Shown: one piece after another, positions 16,081-16,824 of the stretch
Position numbering within the stretch: position 1 is the stretch's first letter
Layout of the letters: the number at the start of each line of letters is the position of its first letter
Virus genome (UHGV): UHGV-0124552
DNA from: a virus
Strand: one strand, 5' to 3'
Length of the DNA stretch: 16,824 nt
Made by a program: the position numbers and the translations under genes
The notes under the pieces: generated by a model
What the model was told of the DNA's origin: nothing
The model's database searches: none
The model's input: the letters and a program-made list of their open reading frames with translations, nothing else

Positions 16081-16383
16081 GTGGGTACGGATGAAAACGT
16101 GCTGGTACTTAATCGCACTTATGCCAACCGGAGCAACGCTGAACGGGCAGCGAAAATGCAGTGGGAACGCCTGCAACGCGGCGTTGCGTCATTCTCGCTA
16201 CAACTGGCGGAAGGGCGGGCAGATCTCTACACAGAAATGCCTGTGAAGGTCAGTGGCTTTAAACAGCCGATAGATGATGCGGAATGGACCATTACGACTC
16301 TGACGCATACCGTCAGCCCGGATAACGGTTTTACGACCAGTCTGGAGCTTGAAGTGAGGATTGATGATTTCGAAATGGAATGA
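16081..16383 (+). pseudogene. C-terminal fragment of tail protein gpD (D')
   Basis: ERAAKMQWERLQRG ... RADLYTEMPVKVSGFK ... GFTTSLELEV resembles the C-terminus of P2 gpD (from memory). It lacks the ~290 N-terminal residues and is out of frame with the upstream E' fragment. Confidence 0.55.
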
Positions 16384-16473
16384 TTCTTCGCAATGGAGAA
16401 CTTTTAAGTTTGCAAAATGGAATAATGCGGTATCATTATTGTGAATTTAGCAAAAATGGGGAGAGCTCGAAAA

Positions 16474-16692
16474 ATGATGATTTGCCCACTGTGTGGAAGT
16501 GCCGCCCATACTCGCAGCAGTTTTCAGGTATCTTCATTGACCAAAGAGCGTTACAACCAGTGCCAGAACATTAACTGCAGCCATACTTTTGTTACCCATG
16601 AAACTTTTGTTCGTTCGATTGCAACGCCAAAAGAGTCAAATCCGGTTCAGCCGCATCCAATGAAATCAGGACAGGTGGCGCTCTCTCTTTGA
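16474..16692 (+). CDS. ogr: Ogr-family zinc-finger late gene transcriptional activator
   Basis: 72 aa; CPLCGSAAHTRSS ... KERYNQCQNINCSHTF ... RPHP closely matches remembered P2 Ogr (CPLCQHAAHARTS ... KERYHQCQNVNCSATF ... RPHP). ATG at 16474; the track start at 16441 is GTG. Confidence 0.9.
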   Translation: MMICPLCGSAAHTRSSFQVSSLTKERYNQCQNINCSHTFVTHETFVRSIATPKESNPVQPHPMKSGQVALSL

Positions 16693-16715
16693 CGCTGCCG
16701 CCATTTTGTCGCCAT
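16693..16715. repeat. attR: attR core: right copy of the 23-bp imperfect direct repeat CGCTGCCGCCATTTTGTCGCCAT
   Basis: 21 of 23 identical to 148-170. Begins immediately after the ogr stop codon. Confidence 0.6.
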
Positions 16716-16778
16716 CGTTAAAGAATAGTGCTTCTAACATCATGATTTTAAACAGCTTAAATTTCAGACAACAAAAAA

Positions 16779-16821
16779 CCCATCAACCTTGAACCGAAAT
16801 GGCGGGGTTGATGGGCTCCAC
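16779..16821 (-). terminator. Rho-independent terminator-like hairpin in the right flank
   Basis: cccatcaacc (16779-16788) pairs with ggttgatggg (16806-16815) across a 17-nt loop. On the - strand the stem is followed by TTTTTTGTTG. The loop is long, so confidence is moderate. Confidence 0.35.
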
Positions 16822-16824
16822 AAA

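Noticed and set aside
15938-16246. The 102-aa ORF as an intact small gene
   Set aside because: Only the first ~47 residues look like a tail assembly chaperone. The rest is Trp/Cys/Arg-rich with no protein-like pattern, and the overlapping +1 frame carries the gpD-like sequence, so this is better explained as a deletion fusion.
16380-16574. 64-aa ORF spanning the D-fragment/ogr intergenic region and the 5' end of ogr
   Set aside because: Out of frame with ogr and overlapping its RBS and start; ogr is strongly supported by homology.
1-16824. CRISPR arrays, tRNA/tmRNA genes or IS elements, including a tRNA at the attachment site
   Set aside because: No regularly spaced direct repeats, no tRNA-like cloverleaf near either att copy, and no transposase-like ORF or terminal inverted repeats were seen on either strand.

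Overview
The window is almost entirely one integrated element: a defective P2/186-like prophage of about 16.6 kb, bounded by 23-bp imperfect direct repeats (148-170 and 16693-16715). From left to right it carries an integrase, a 186-type immunity switch (cI, apl, cII), an early operon ending in a Dam methylase and the gpA replication initiator, then an AT-rich cargo region, then portal Q, terminase P and scaffold O, and finally E/D remnants and ogr. The capsid, small terminase, lysis and tail genes are missing, and two deletion junctions are visible. The cargo region between A and Q holds a LexA-box-controlled Tum/DinI-like module, an uncharacterised DUF2971-like gene (8664-9782), a cos-like remnant, and a complete Ec86-family retron (NDT-like effector, msr-msd ncRNA, reverse transcriptase). 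The DUF2971-like gene is the best candidate for an undescribed single-gene phage-defence or abortive-infection function; the retron is a recognisable family but with a divergent msd. All calls are made by eye from the sequence and from remembered family signatures; no database search was run.
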